From: the human T2T-CHM13v2.0 reference genome, Homo sapiens
Length of the DNA: 64,000 bases
NCBI RefSeq assembly: GCF_009914755.1
Contig: NC_060926.1
Strand: one strand, 5' to 3'
A program made the position numbers and the translations under genes. The notes under the pieces are model-generated. The model worked only from the letters and a program-made list of their open reading frames with translations. It did no database searches and had not been told where the DNA came from. This document shows positions 1-13,300 of the stretch, piece by piece; the first letter of the stretch is position 1; every line of letters begins with the position of its first letter.

Positions 1-1416
1 AATAGATACTATTTTGAAGTGCTTTTTCCAGGCATACATTATCTGTTAATCTCACATTAATATTACATTCATTTTATAGATGAGGAATAGTGAACTCAAG
101 GAGATTAACCTCCTGTCTAGTACAAGACAGAGTCAGGATTTAAAACTAGACATGTCTAATTCCAAAGCCTGTACTCTTAAATACTTTGTCTTTTACTTAT
201 TCCTTTATATCTTGTCATCAGTCCTAAGTATTTTATATTGTATGGCTATTATGCTTTCTTATTTTTCCATTCTGCCTTCTAATCATTGCTGTTTATAAGA
301 AAACTAGTGGTATTTTTATATTATTTTCTATCCAATTAACTTATTGAATTTAATTTTTAGTTAACTATCTTGGAGTTTTAGTTAGGTAATCCTGCTGTCA
401 GCTGTGAAAAATGATCTTTTGCTTTCTCTTTTGGGAAGTCTTTTTAAATGTATGTACATTTGACGGGGGTATATAATTAATTTCTCAACCATTCTACTAA
501 CTGTGAATATTTAGATTGTTTTCAGTTGGAATGAAAAATCACCCATTTCTCTGTTCCTCTGATTGTCATGTCCTTGAGGGCTATTATTAAGAGGGCAACG
601 TTAATGCATATCCCCATGTTTGTGTCACAGAACACTACACTGTGCATTACGGAAAATGGGTTTTAAATGAACATTTCTTGGCTTTAGAAAATTGCCACTT
701 TCATTGAAGATCCAAGGAATACTTTTTCCTTTCTGATTATAAACAGTCTGCCTTAAAAGAAGCATAAATTTAGGCACACTGAACATGCTAAAGTGAACAG
801 TCCAAAATAGCGAGTAGGGTCACTGTACCACACAGCTCATCTTCACTGATATAGCATGAGCTACATTATGGCATTTGTATGGCTGTGACTGACACAGTAT
901 TTACAATGTTATAATCTGTGCACATGAGCAGATTACAATCTAAACTCACACTTCTCAACTTCTGTGATTTGTATCAACTGAGAACTCAGGAAGTGTGATG
1001 TTAAAAAGCTACAGTTTTCCAAAATGTTATACAGGAAGCATGTACTTTCTTTTTTCTACTTAGGTACATGTCATAAAAACCAATTCACATTTAGGAAAAT
1101 TTTAGTATATTCTATCCTCTTATTGTGTTTCTGGAACAGTTTATGGAATATTATAAAACTTTCTTTCATCTCTAAAACACTAGTTTTCATAATACTTCTA
1201 TTGTTTCACAGATCATTAATTCAGGAAATATTTATTCATTCAATAGCAGAAATTGTTGAGTGCCTACCATATGCCAATCATTGACCTATGTAGCAAAACC
1301 TGATTGATCAGCAGTAAAGAAGACTATAAAAGCTTTGCCTTTATAGGGCTTATATTCTAGTGATGAAAACAGAAAATAAATAGAGCAAAGTCTGCACTGG
1401 AGAAAGAAAAAGGAAT

Positions 1417-1978
1417 GTGGAAGATTATATTTTCCAAACATGGATAATATATTTATATATACCATTACACATGTTCTTAAAATGTCACATTCCCCTCCTC
1501 CCTTGAAGCTGGGTTAACTTTTGTAATTCCCTCAACTAAGAGAATGCAGCAGAAGTGATACTCACTGACTTTCCAAGACTAGATCATAAATGGTGGTATG
1601 GCTTCTACATGGCTAACTCTCTCCCTCAGGACATTTGCCTTTGGAGCCTTGAGCCACCACGGAAGAATTCTGATTACCCTAAAGCCACCATGCTGGAGAG
1701 TCCCTACAGAGAAAAATGACTAAGGAGACCCACGTGTTCTAGTCCCTAGCTTCTTTAGTCTTCCCAGACCAGGTGCCAAACATGTAAGTGAAGGCTAAGA
1801 GATGATCCCAGCCATAGCCGCTGCATGAATGCAATATCATAAAACACCCAGAGCCAGAACCAGTTAGTTGAACCATTTTCAAATTCCTGACCTCACAGAA
1901 ACTGTGAGAAATAATAGTTATTGCTGTTTTAAGCAACTAAGCTTTGGTGTAACTGCTTACATAGCCATACCAACTGGA
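1417..1978 (+). mobile_element. MaLR LTR, MLT1H-like
   Basis: Starts tgtggaagattatattttccaaacatgg; ends with the MLT1 motif aaattcctgacctcacagaaactgtgagaaataat...gttttaagcaactaagctttgg. Confidence 0.8.
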
Positions 1979-2075
1979 AGAAGCAGAGTAAAGGAATATT
2001 GAGGGATAGGAGGAGGTTAGATTTTACATTGATATTGAATGTAGGCTTCTCTAAGGTTTTAAAATTTGAGCAGAG

Positions 2076-2462
2076 AAAGAAAATGTGGCACATATACACC
2101 ATGGAATATTATGTAGTCATAAAAAAGAATGAGTTCATGTCCTTTGCAGGGACATGGATGAAGCTGGAAACCATTATTCACAGAAAACAAACATAGGAGC
2201 AGAAAACCAAACACCGCATGTTCTCACTCATAACTGGGAGTTGAACAATGAGAACATATGGACACAGGGAGGAGAACATCACACACTGGGACCTGTCGGG
2301 GGATTGGGGGCAAGGGGAGGGATAGCATTAGGAGAAATACCTAATGTAGATGACAGGTTGATGGGTGCAGCAAACCACCATGGCACGGGTATACCTATGT
2401 AACAAACTTGCACGTTATGCACGTGTATTCCAGAACTTAAAGTATAATAAAAAGAAATGAAA
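2076..2462 (+). mobile_element. 5'-truncated L1 3' end (L1PA7/8-like)
   Basis: ORF2 C-terminal peptide KKMWHIYTMEYY...FAGTWMKLETII, followed by L1 3'UTR (ggagggatagcattaggagaaatacctaatgtagatgac) and AATAAA/A-rich tail. Confidence 0.93.
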
Positions 2463-2799
2463 ATGAACAAGAAAAATTAAGAAGGCCTGTATATATCCAT
2501 GGAAAGAAAATTTCAAGCAGAGGGAGCAGCAAATAAAAACTTCCTGAGGCTGGAGATACTTGGCATATTAGACAATCAGCAAGGTGTGTTGCTGGTAGGA
2601 AGTAATCAGAAGAAAAGTGGGTGAGTGGATGGGAGAAGTCATGTCATACAGAGCCTTGGAGGCCCCTGAAAAGTCCTGGAATTTTGTTCTAGGTGTAATG
2701 GGAAGCTCTTGAAGGATTTTGAACAAGAGATTGAAGCTCTTCAAGACTGAAGCTCTTGAAGGTTTTGAGCTCCGATTTATGTGTCAAAAGCACCCTTCT

Positions 2800-3200
2800 G
2801 TATGACTTCTTCCCCTGCACTCTCTTTCCCACTGATTTGGTCCAGCCACACTGGCCTTTTTTCTATGCCTTCAACATACAAAACTCTTTCCGGAGTTAGG
2901 TCTTTGAGACTACTGTTCCCTCTGCCAGCACCTGCCTCCTCATATCCTCAAATGGATGCTGAACCAAACATTCCTTGGTCTGTTTATCCAGCCTAAAATA
3001 TCAGGCCACATCAGGTGACACTTCCAATCACATTTCCCTGTTTTTACTTGTTTATGGTGTGTTGCTCCTTCTCAAATATAAACTCCCATGGCAAGAGAGA
3101 CTGTGCCTCTCTTGCTTTTTGATACATGTACAGAAATATAGAACAGTGTTTGAAATAAAGTAAGTGCTCTACCAGTATTTGCTAGATAAATGCATGAACA
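2800..3200 (+). mobile_element. LINE-2 3' fragment, opposite orientation to the adjacent L2
   Basis: ccagccacactggcc...tgttccctctgcc L2 motifs and terminal gtaagtgctctaccagtatttgctagataaatgcatgaa. Confidence 0.7.
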
Positions 3201-4883
3201 ACAATATCTTCTGTAGATATTATGAGAAGGAAGAAATACAAGGTATGAAAAGATATTGGCATGCACCATTAATTTAGAGAATTTTATTGTTTATTTTTTC
3301 TCCAATTTTTTTTGCTTTTTTTTGCTGGACTCTATATTCTTATTAGCCTCATGCCATATAAGGAAAATATCTTCATTTGTTTGACTATACACATTTCACT
3401 TTTAATTATAAAATTATGTAAATATCTTATGAATAGATTCTAAACAAGAGAAAAACTTCAATAAATATTCATAGAGATTTTTAAATCTAAATATCTTTGG
3501 AAATATTTTAGGCCTAGTACTCCTCTACTATATTCCATGACATTTGTTAAAATTGGGTGAATCAAATACATATGGTGTCGGATTTTGTAAAACTCATTTT
3601 GATTTTAAGTGGTAAAAAGTACTCATTCAGTAAAAACAAACATCAACATTATATGAATTAAGCCTACAGTAGTAATGAGTTACGGCCTGACCCAACATTC
3701 ATGTCTCTGCCCTTTGCTACCTCAGGTCCATACCTAAGATTATGTCAAAATCAATCTATTGTGTTAGAAATTGCCAGCACATCCACACTATCTTTAAAGG
3801 ATCTCATTTGCAAGATCTTGAAGGTTTTGAGCTCTGATTTATGTGTCAATAGTACCTTTCTGTATGACTTTTTCCCCACACTCTCTTTCCCACTGATTTG
3901 GTCCAGCCACACTGGCCTTTTTTCCATTCCTTCAACATACAAAATTCCTTCCTGACTTAGAGTCAGGTAGGGTTTCATAGAGATAGGGTTTCACAAACAT
4001 GGTTTATTTTACTCATAGTAAATTTCCAAGTTATCGGAATCAAACTTAAATTCTGTGAAATTCATATCATAAAAGATTATAAACAAAAGAGGCTCTCGAG
4101 CCATCACAAATCCTTGGGAGCTTTCAAGATTTTCCCTGTCCTCCCACTAGCTGCTAGGTCAAGTGGTGGGCTTGCATTATTAGTTTTATTTTGAGTCCCT
4201 AGAACAAACAGTGAGCTTTCAGAGACAGCCCAGGATTTATAAACCAAAGTTCTGAATATCAACCCCAAAAAGGAACATTCGTGAGCATAACTCCACTAGC
4301 TTTCAAAGCAATTGAATAAAAACCAATAGTTTCTATCCTAACTTAAAGCTATCTATGGGAATATTTGGTTCATTGTTTGTTAGCTAGAAAAAGCTATAAT
4401 TTTATTTTGTTATATACATCACATCCCATACTGAAAGTCTTCATTTTGCCAGGAAAAAAACGTTGTGTTACTCCACTACTGTACATGTTATAGATTATTT
4501 AGTGCCAAGGATATCTTATAGTTTAGTATGAATAGCCTAACTGTAGTTTCAGTGCAATGGGCATTGAATGACAATGAAATGCATTGTTAATAAACACTTG
4601 TAAAAACACCTATCAAATGATTTGTTGACTTCATTGTCAGTTTTATGCAGATATGGAGTAAAGTTCATTCAGCTATGCTCAGGAAGTCATTTCTTTCCCT
4701 TCAAATATGTCTCCCACTTGCTTGATAATGACTAAAATTATATTTAGAAGAAAGCTTTTTATTGTAGCATTACTTAGAAATATCAAAATGCAAATAACTC
4801 TTGGAGAAATAAGACATTGACCTAAAGTTCCACAAAGGCATAAATTACTGACATCAAATCATTTATTGAAAGAAGTAGGAAGT

Positions 4884-5184
4884 GGCTGGGTGCAGTGGCT
4901 CACACGTGTAATTCAGCACTTTGGGAGGCCGAGGCAGGCGGATCATTTGAGGTCAGGAGTTCGAACCCAGCCTGGCCAACATGGTGAAACACCGTCTCTA
5001 CTAAAAATACAAAAATTAGCTGGGCATGGTGGTGGGCCCCTTTAATCCCAGCTACTCGGGAGCCTGAGGCAGGAGAATTGCTTGAGCCCAGGAGGCAGAG
5101 GGTGCAATGAGCTGAGACACACCACTGCACTCCAGCCTGGGCAACAGAGAGACACCCTGTCTCAAAGGAAAAAAAAAAAAAAAA
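4884..5184 (+). mobile_element. AluS (Sx-like), full length
   Basis: Dimeric Alu with A-tail; degenerate TSD agaagtaggaagt / agcagcaggaagt. Confidence 0.96.
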
Positions 5185-6014
5185 GCAGCAGCAGCAGCAG
5201 CAGGAAGTCAGAAGAGGTCATGAGCACTTTAGTGCATGAAGGAGACAAGGGATACAGAAAAGGGAAGCTATTTTGCAAGGGACTAACCTCTCCCACTTTA
5301 AAATCTTGCCAAATTATTAAATTGGCCACACTGATGTAGAATAACTACTTCTTAAAACAAATAGTGTCTGAGTTAACCAAATTCTCTATATTTAAAAATT
5401 TTTAAGTTAGTTATTTCTTGATTTAAGTAAAGCCATATTTTTTACATTCAAAATTATATATGATCTTGACTTACACAGTTTTACCTTTCTTCATATGTAC
5501 ACAGTTTGTCGAAAACTGGTATAAAATTTTCAATTCACTTATGTAGTTTTAATAAATATAATGAACATAAATACATATTTATTTATATTGCTCTTAATTC
5601 ACATTGACACAAATACATGACTATGTACTTGTATTACCGTATGTTAATATACATGCATAGGACCTCCCCCAACTGAAAGGCTCCATAAAATACTAAATAT
5701 TCATTACCTAATTGTATATTTATGCTTATTCCATGCAAGAAAACTCAACTGCTTTCCCTATTACCATTAGCTAAAACCCCCAATATAATTGCAGCAATTA
5801 TCTTGGAAGGAGGGAAAGATCCGAGAAAGGAACGATGGCTGATTGGCTACAAAATCAGAAATCAAAGAAACAAGATATATTTATATGTAAGAGGATAGAG
5901 TTCAAAACATATACAACAATATCTAATCTAAACATACTGAAAGTCACTACTAACCTCACATGATTTAAATGAAAAAGTTATATTTATAAAGACCCTTACA
6001 ATAATTTTGGCACA

Positions 6015-6460
6015 CCATGGTGATGCAGTAGAATCAGTGCTGGATTTGGATTCACAGGAACTGGGTTCAGGTTCTGGCCCTACTCCTTGCTAATGATCTA
6101 AACACTTAAGCTCTCTATATTCCAGTTTCTTCATCTATAAATAAAAAGCCAACAGAGATTAAGATAAGCTTAGATCTATTCCCAGTCTTACCACTTTCCA
6201 ACTCAGTAACCTGGCAGAAACTGCTTAATATTTCTAGTTTCCTCTGACATAAAGGACTAACCACAGAACTTCCTTCACTAGGTTGTCATGAGGTTTCAGA
6301 GAGGAAATACATGTAACATGGTGACCATGGGTCTTGGTGGAAGGAAACATTCAATAAATGCAATATATTATGCTATTGAAGGGCTGTGAGAAAAGCTGCC
6401 CTACTAACCTTAGAGTTTTCTTGTGAGGCTCAATCTCTAATAAGGTTTATAAAAACCTAT
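6015..6460 (+). mobile_element. MIR fragments (probably one MIR nested in another)
   Basis: ctgggttcaggttctggccctact...agtttcttcatctataaa, then a second core ending ggttgtcatgagg...cattcaataaatg. Confidence 0.65.
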
Positions 6461-9400
6461 TACACATGTAACTATTTTAAAACCCATTACAGACTGACCA
6501 TTAGGTCTATATTTGTTCATATTTAATTTAACTGATAATAGAGTATTAATGCTCTGAACGTAGAAAATTTGAAAATGTGTTGTTAGCCATGCATGTTTGC
6601 AGGCAAATCTGCTTGTGACTTAATTACCTTTACATGTTAGAAAAGGAAATATTAAGTTTAAAAATTCCAAATTAACTATTGTAAATGAAGCTTTATGTGT
6701 GACTTGAGCAGGAAAGACTGGCTTAAGGAGAGGCCCGAATATTAAGATTCCTTTTCCAACTAATAAACCTATCAATTCCAAATCCAAAGCATGAAAATTA
6801 AAATCAACCTGGGAATTTAATGTCAGGAATTTAGAAACATTTGCTGAAAATATCTCAATTAACCTATTTTAAAAATTTTATGTGATTATAAAATACATTG
6901 CTTTTATTAGATTATTTTAAAATCAAGCATTGCCTTTTCAAATTAGTTATTATTTTATACATCTATACCTATGCGATTTCAGAGAAAATATATACTTTAA
7001 GTTAAAAATCTAACCTTAAATATTTCAAAATGTTATATATTCTGCGAATTTTCTAAACTACGCTCAATTTCACAAAAAGATGTATTTGATCTTTTATTTG
7101 ACAGCTATCTCTATGTATGTTCTTTAAGGCCAAATTACTTTTAACATTAGAGACAAGGCCCAGATTTTCTGAACTGCTAACCAGTAGATGTTCCAAATAA
7201 ATTTAGGTAAAAACATCACTGAAGATGTATGAAAATATCTTGCATTCTGTATGAATTAAACATTTGTGTAAGTTTAATGAATATATTAAATTACATATAG
7301 TATCTAATATATTCCAAGTGTTGAATGTCTTGAATTATTTTATTTGTATTTCCAGTTTTTAAATTTTTTATAAATCTCATTTAATCCTTCATAGCATGTT
7401 CTATTATTTTATTAGGCAATAAAATAGTAATGCCTATTTAGGGAATAGAAATCTCTTGGTTCCATGGCATATCATTAGAATTTCTACACTACGGGTTTAC
7501 GTCAACGAATGATAAATTTTTGGTTAAGATGTCCAACTGGCGTATTAAAGCCAATTGTCAAGATAATAACTTGGATGTTTCTCAGTATTCACATTTGTTT
7601 TGATTTCTCTGCCAAAATCATATCTTTATCTCTTAGGGGGAAATCACGTTAATGAAAATAAGCATATGTCTTCATGTCCAAAAGCCAGAACTCACAATGC
7701 AATGATAAAGGAAATTAGAGTGTATGTACATTTATAAGCATTATCATTGATGTACCTTGCTTCCACATCTCGTTTTTCCTTTGGCTTTTTTAAGAGGCTG
7801 TGTTTTTGTGAGTGTACTCTGAGTGAGTCAGCTCAAGGCAGCTGCTCTATTTCCCTGAAGTTACAAATCCAGGAAGCAGTGGGCACTGGAAAGGGTAGCC
7901 ATCAGAGGAGACCACTCAAATCATGCTTTATACCTGCACTATATATGAAATATTGATAGTGTACATAGCTCAGATATAGAAATATAAATAAGATTGTGGA
8001 AAATAAAGTCCATTTTCTCTTAAGTGTATTTATTAATGTTTTCCCAAAAATGCCCTGGAAATGAAATAAAACATACAGATTTGTATGATTAATTCTAAGT
8101 AGCCGACTATTCTACTCATTGTAAGACAAAACCCTAATGTACCACTGACCATTGTTATAAGCCACTACAACTTGCTATTGTAACTATATTTCATTAGATA
8201 AACCAGATTACAAGATTCTTAAGGACAGGGACTGAGATTTGTTTGGGTAGTCCAACCCAGGGTTTAAAATTAGGACTCAGCTTTGTACATCAAACTATAA
8301 AAGGAACAGGGGATGCCTAAATTATGGGTAACAGTGTTTTGGTGGATTTTGTTTTTTACATTTTGGGTTATTTTATTTTGAACATTAAAATCAAACTTTA
8401 ACCTTATTTTAATCAAAGACATGTAATCTTTATGTCCTTGACAAATTAAACATTGGAAACAGTTCTTTTAGAAATTTTTTCATTAAAAAAAAAGATGTCT
8501 CAATTTATCTTTCAAGGTCAGTCTATATTACACTCCAGATACTCGTGAAAAATTTTTGTGAATTATAATGTGAGATTTATAATTTAACTGAAATGCTCTT
8601 CTTAATAGGGTTTCTTTTTAATAGGATGTAGACTAAAACTATATGGCAATTGAGCAGAGCATTATGAAGCACCATATGGGCTTCTAAAATGAGAAGATGA
8701 TACACATGGGTCCTGCCAACTCTTCCTCTCTGTCTCTCCTTCCCCACCTGCCAGTCTCCCTCCACATCCTGAATTCTGTCATGATATTGAATGTCTTTGG
8801 TGAAAAATTACTTAAGTAGTGGTCTCTGTATTTTTCAACTAACTTCTCTCAGTAATAAGCGGGAGAAAATAAAAAGAATCCTAACCTTCTTAAAAATAAG
8901 TGACCTGGTTCAAGTTGCAGGACTATCAACACATAAACTTTCCCAAATGAGGTTAAGAGGTGACCAAGCAATTAATGACCTGACCATAACTGGCAACCAA
9001 GACTGGGTGATAAACAGATACTACTGAAATTAAAGCAGGGCAACTTGCTCAGAGTAGCAGCAGGACTAGCCCTGACAGATAGTGGTAAACAAAAGTAATT
9101 GAAGTAAAATACAGCTGTCTGGTTTCCCTCCTCTGTTTATGGTCAAGTTTTAGTATCTTTTCTACAGCATGCTTTCTTTTGCTGCTTTTGCTTCCTTCTG
9201 CTGTCCAAACTTAGACTTTTGAGTCTAGATGAGTTTAAGTCACAAGGAAAAAGTTGTCTAAAATATTCATAAAAACATGGGATTTGCGACATACCATCAG
9301 CTTAGAGAGCTAAACATGTGGCACCTGCTCTGGTGACAAGAAATCAAGGTCAGCCTAAAGGAAAGTGATGTCGTGGAGGGAGAATTTGTTTGAAATATTC

Positions 9401-9959
9401 TTTTCCACTCACCTTCCCAATCCCTCCTCCTTCCTCTCATTTGAATGAGGAAGCTGCCCATTAAAATGTAGTATGCATAGCATCATTTCAAAACTTTATC
9501 ATTACAGTTACTGGCCTTGCTTTTCTGCCTCGATTTGTCTGTTTTTCTTGATTCTCTCCACATTGGCTTCTCTGATGCTTCCACTTGCCTTCCCCTTTTT
9601 TCCTGTCTCATCTTTCTGGTTCATCTCCTTCTTTATTTATCTCCTTCTCATGTGGTGGAAAGAAACAAAGAGGTAAAATTACTGTAAAAGTTGTGATGAG
9701 GATGAAAAGGAATAAACAGTACAATAATCACGTCTCATTTTATCATTTACTATTTGTGTAATTATTATTTTTATAATAATTAAATAAATACCGGTCTTAC
9801 TGGAAGTGTGCTTCTTTTTATCCTTTAAATATGCCCCTTTAGAGCTTAGTTATTAGATGTGCCATGTGTTTTCTTAGTTCATAGCCATTGTATTCACTAG
9901 GAAAATTCAAAAAGGAAAGACAGACACAAGTGTAAGAATAGCAGACAGGATGAAGGAAG

Positions 9960-10307
9960 AAACCGGATACTACTCCCTGTCTCTGCTGTGGCTGGCTTCT
10001 CTGATAATGGCTGCACCTTCTTCATGGCTCCGGATCCCACTGGACAATCCCATCCCCTGTGGTCCCAGCTTCTCCCAAAGCAGCCCCTTCCCTGGTCCTA
10101 GACCCCACCCCATGGGCTCCAGTGACACACTCAAGCACTAGGAATAGTAGCAGCTCCCTGCACTTGCTGTCCTCTGAGTTGTTGCCCTCTTCCCTGCTCA
10201 ATGTCTTCTTTCTTACATTTCCAGTGTAACAAATTCTCTCTAATAAATTCCTTCCATTTGAAATATCCAGAGTGGTTTCTATTTTTTTAATAACTCTGAT
10301 GGATACA
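9960..10307 (+). mobile_element. ERVL LTR fragment, LTR33-like
   Basis: 3' end aataaattccttccatttgaaatatccagagtggtttctatt...ctgatggataca. Confidence 0.6.
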
Positions 10308-13300
10308 AATACTATAGTGGAAAAGACATGAGATGAGAAAGCCTGATTTCAAGTCTTAACTGTGACTAAGTAGCTAGAAAGTTCCGGTCAGGTCATTCAG
10401 CCTAGGGTTCATAACATTGCTTTATGGCTCAGAGCTCAAAGTTTAAAGTGAAAGCTCTCTAACTCACCTTATGAACAGACCTGTCATATTAAAACTCTCT
10501 GTTCCTCTGTAAAACATACTGACTGACTTCTGCAGCACAGTGAAAGGCCAAATCTGTGATCTTTTTTCCAGGAGTTTATACTTCTGTTTCTACACCGTAA
10601 TTTATGTTCTTACCAGCAGTCAGTTATATTTATTCCAAAATCTATTTATGCCAGTTGTTAGTATAATTACATAATGTAATTAGTAAGTGACAGAGGCCAA
10701 ACCTGTTTAGTGACTTTTATCATACAGAGTTTTAAGAGGACTTTTACTATATAGAGAAGCAAGACGAAAGTGACCTTTTCAAGTACTATAGAGTTAGTGG
10801 AGAATAACCCATTGCTCCCTTCATCCCCTCTGTGGCTGAGGAAAGTTATTTGAATTGGTTCTCCAGCTCTGGTCTTTCAACCAAAAGTGTCTCCCCTTGT
10901 TACTGAAGCAAGTGTTGGTAATCATCTCTTGCCTGAAAGTGGCAGAGTTCCTGATAAGCAAAATACCAAGAAGAAGCAGGAGAGAAGGGGCAGATCAGGA
11001 GGATGAAGTGCCAAGAGTCCAGCCTGCATTCCCATTGTGCTGTTGCTAGGATGCACCAGGGTGTCTGATACACACCTAGACAAAGGAGAAGGTAGCAAAG
11101 TTAAAGCCATTTTGCTTATATCCATTCCAAGAGACCACTCACTGGATGGATGTACCCCAAGAGCAAGGCATTCTTGGTGGTCCATCTGCTGTGGGAGGAA
11201 AGAAGGTAAAGATAAAGCTGAGACTAAGATGGATACCCCCTATCAGAGGGCTGTGCGTCAAAAGGCCCCTATAAGGCCCTGTGAGGAAGCAACAACTGGG
11301 GAAGGGTGATAGCATTTGAAAGCCACGTGGATAACGAAGCATCGATCACTCACAAAAGAACAGCAACTTCATCACCACCCGTGAGGAGTGGTTCTCATCC
11401 AAGAACAAGAGTTACAATCAACCAGAGATTCCAGCCAACTTGCTGTGTGTTGTTGCCCTGTTGTTGGTTCCTCAAAGGGCAGATCCTTTCATTCCCTCTT
11501 CTTCCTTGCCAAACCAATACCAGAGGAACAAGTCTGGAGAACAAGAAAGGATTCACCTAAATGAAACATTTTATTAACTCTAAATGACAGGGTGTTGTAG
11601 AATTGAACTGAAATAATCTTAAGGAAACTTACTACTACAGAGCAGAAGATATGGTTAACTTGAAAGAACTACCGCTTAAAGGACAATAGAAGTTATTAAA
11701 AAGTTCAATCATTTCCTGTTTTTACCTCCAAGTTGCTATTTCATCAAAACAGTTACTTTCACATTATTTTTTATGGAATCAAAAAAATGATTAAGAGGCA
11801 CTCACAGCTAACTGAAGTTAGTGCTCCTTCAGTAGATGAACTCACTTTACAATTTTTTAAAAATAAAATTGAAAGTATATTAGTGATTATTAGGGGTAAA
11901 TACATCTAAAAATAGGATTTAACAAAAAAGAGCCTTCATTAACAGCCCTAGTTAATAACTGCATTTGCAAAATACAAAAAGAGGCATTTGCACATCCTGG
12001 GTGCTGGGTTTCCATCTCGTTGTTGGGTTCCTGTTCTAAACGATCAGCCTACCCTTTCTGATCTAGCACCCTTTTGCTGTCCATATGTGTCTAGCAGAAC
12101 TGTCATCTCCTAAAATAAATCTACCCCCACAAAAAAGAGAACCAAAGAGAATTCTTAGGAAACCAACCAAAGTTGATGTGTTTTAACCCTCCATCTTATG
12201 CCTTCCTGCCTTTGATGATGAGCATAAGATATTTTCTTGATGAAAAGACTCCAGACGGGAACTAATTAATCAACGACATCAGAATTTACTTCGTGTAAGT
12301 TGTTTTTATTAATCAGGCCAGGTTAACCAACAGTACTCAGTAAATACTAATTAAAACACATAAGATATGCAGACACTTGACACATTCTTCATATTGCATA
12401 GGAAGTGTACATAGGCAAATATCCTTTAAAAAAATAAATCTACATTAATTTACACTCAGGCAGACTAGGCTGATGCCTTTGTAATGTAATTTGGCAGTTA
12501 CCAGAAGGCCCATTCTGACCAAAAATCTCTCAGAAATGTCCTGTGAAAGAGCCGGAAATTTCTATGACTAGAATAAATACTAATATATTTATCAATTATT
12601 ACTCTTAATGGCATCATGTGAATTAACTGATAAAGTAATTATTTCCCAGTTCTCTGAGAGGTTAGTACCTAGGACAAGTAAGTTTTGAAGAAAAAAGTTA
12701 AATAGCCATTTTTATTGCAACAATATCGAGAAACCGAGAAGTAGGGTCTGAGAGAGATGTGTAGATATGGGAATTGCTTACCCTAAAATAAAATCACAAT
12801 TTTTCCTGGGACTGGAATTCGGTACCATTTAATTCCTATCACAAGTTTAAAATAAACATCTCCTTTCCCAAGTTTGTGCTTTTTCCCAAGGAACTGGAAG
12901 ATGGAAAAAGATTTGCTTTTATTCTCATCTTAAGTCAGTGAACATAATATTTGCTCAGACACCAGAGGTGAAATAGTGGACAGCAGATCAGCGCCTAAAG
13001 AAACCTGTGCTCCAGATTCAGCTGTTACTAACAGGAAACAGCTGGTTTTGCCTTTTTTCCCAAGACCTCCTGAATAGTTCCCTGACTTTCAATTTTTGTT
13101 TTTAAAGTACCTGAGCCAAAACAACGGCAAGCTTGATTTTTAAAATAGGATCAGTGACAAATGCTGAAATGCCAAGTCGAAACGCACAGGATACGACCAA
13201 GCAAAATGCAAGAAGGAATTTGGAAGGCAGATTAGGGGAATGTGGATCCCAATCTGTGCCTGACAACTGCTCTCAATAAACTGTGCCGAGGTCAAAGAAA

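Larger units (their letters stand above)
1228..2800 (-). mobile_element. Old LINE-2 fragments, interrupted by an MLT1 LTR and an L1PA 3' end
   Basis: Reverse-complemented L2 3' terminus (ttattcattcaatagcagaaattgttgagtgcctaccatatgcc) at ~1230; L2-like purine-rich body resumes at ~1980-2075 and 2460-2800. Confidence 0.7.

Noticed and set aside
1228-3200. Inverted L2 pair as a miR-28/151-type miRNA source
   Set aside because: The L2 3' ends point outward and are ~2 kb apart rather than abutting tail-to-tail, and the arms are highly diverged
2781-3955. Two ORFs sharing LSFPLIWSSHTGLFS (2781-2996, 3701-3955), suggesting paralogous small genes
   Set aside because: The similarity is only the translated 150 bp L2-derived duplication; there is no gene structure
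10855-11560. Cluster of overlapping ORFs in a slightly GC-richer stretch
   Set aside because: No recognisable protein motif or convincing splice structure; fewer stop codons are expected at higher GC
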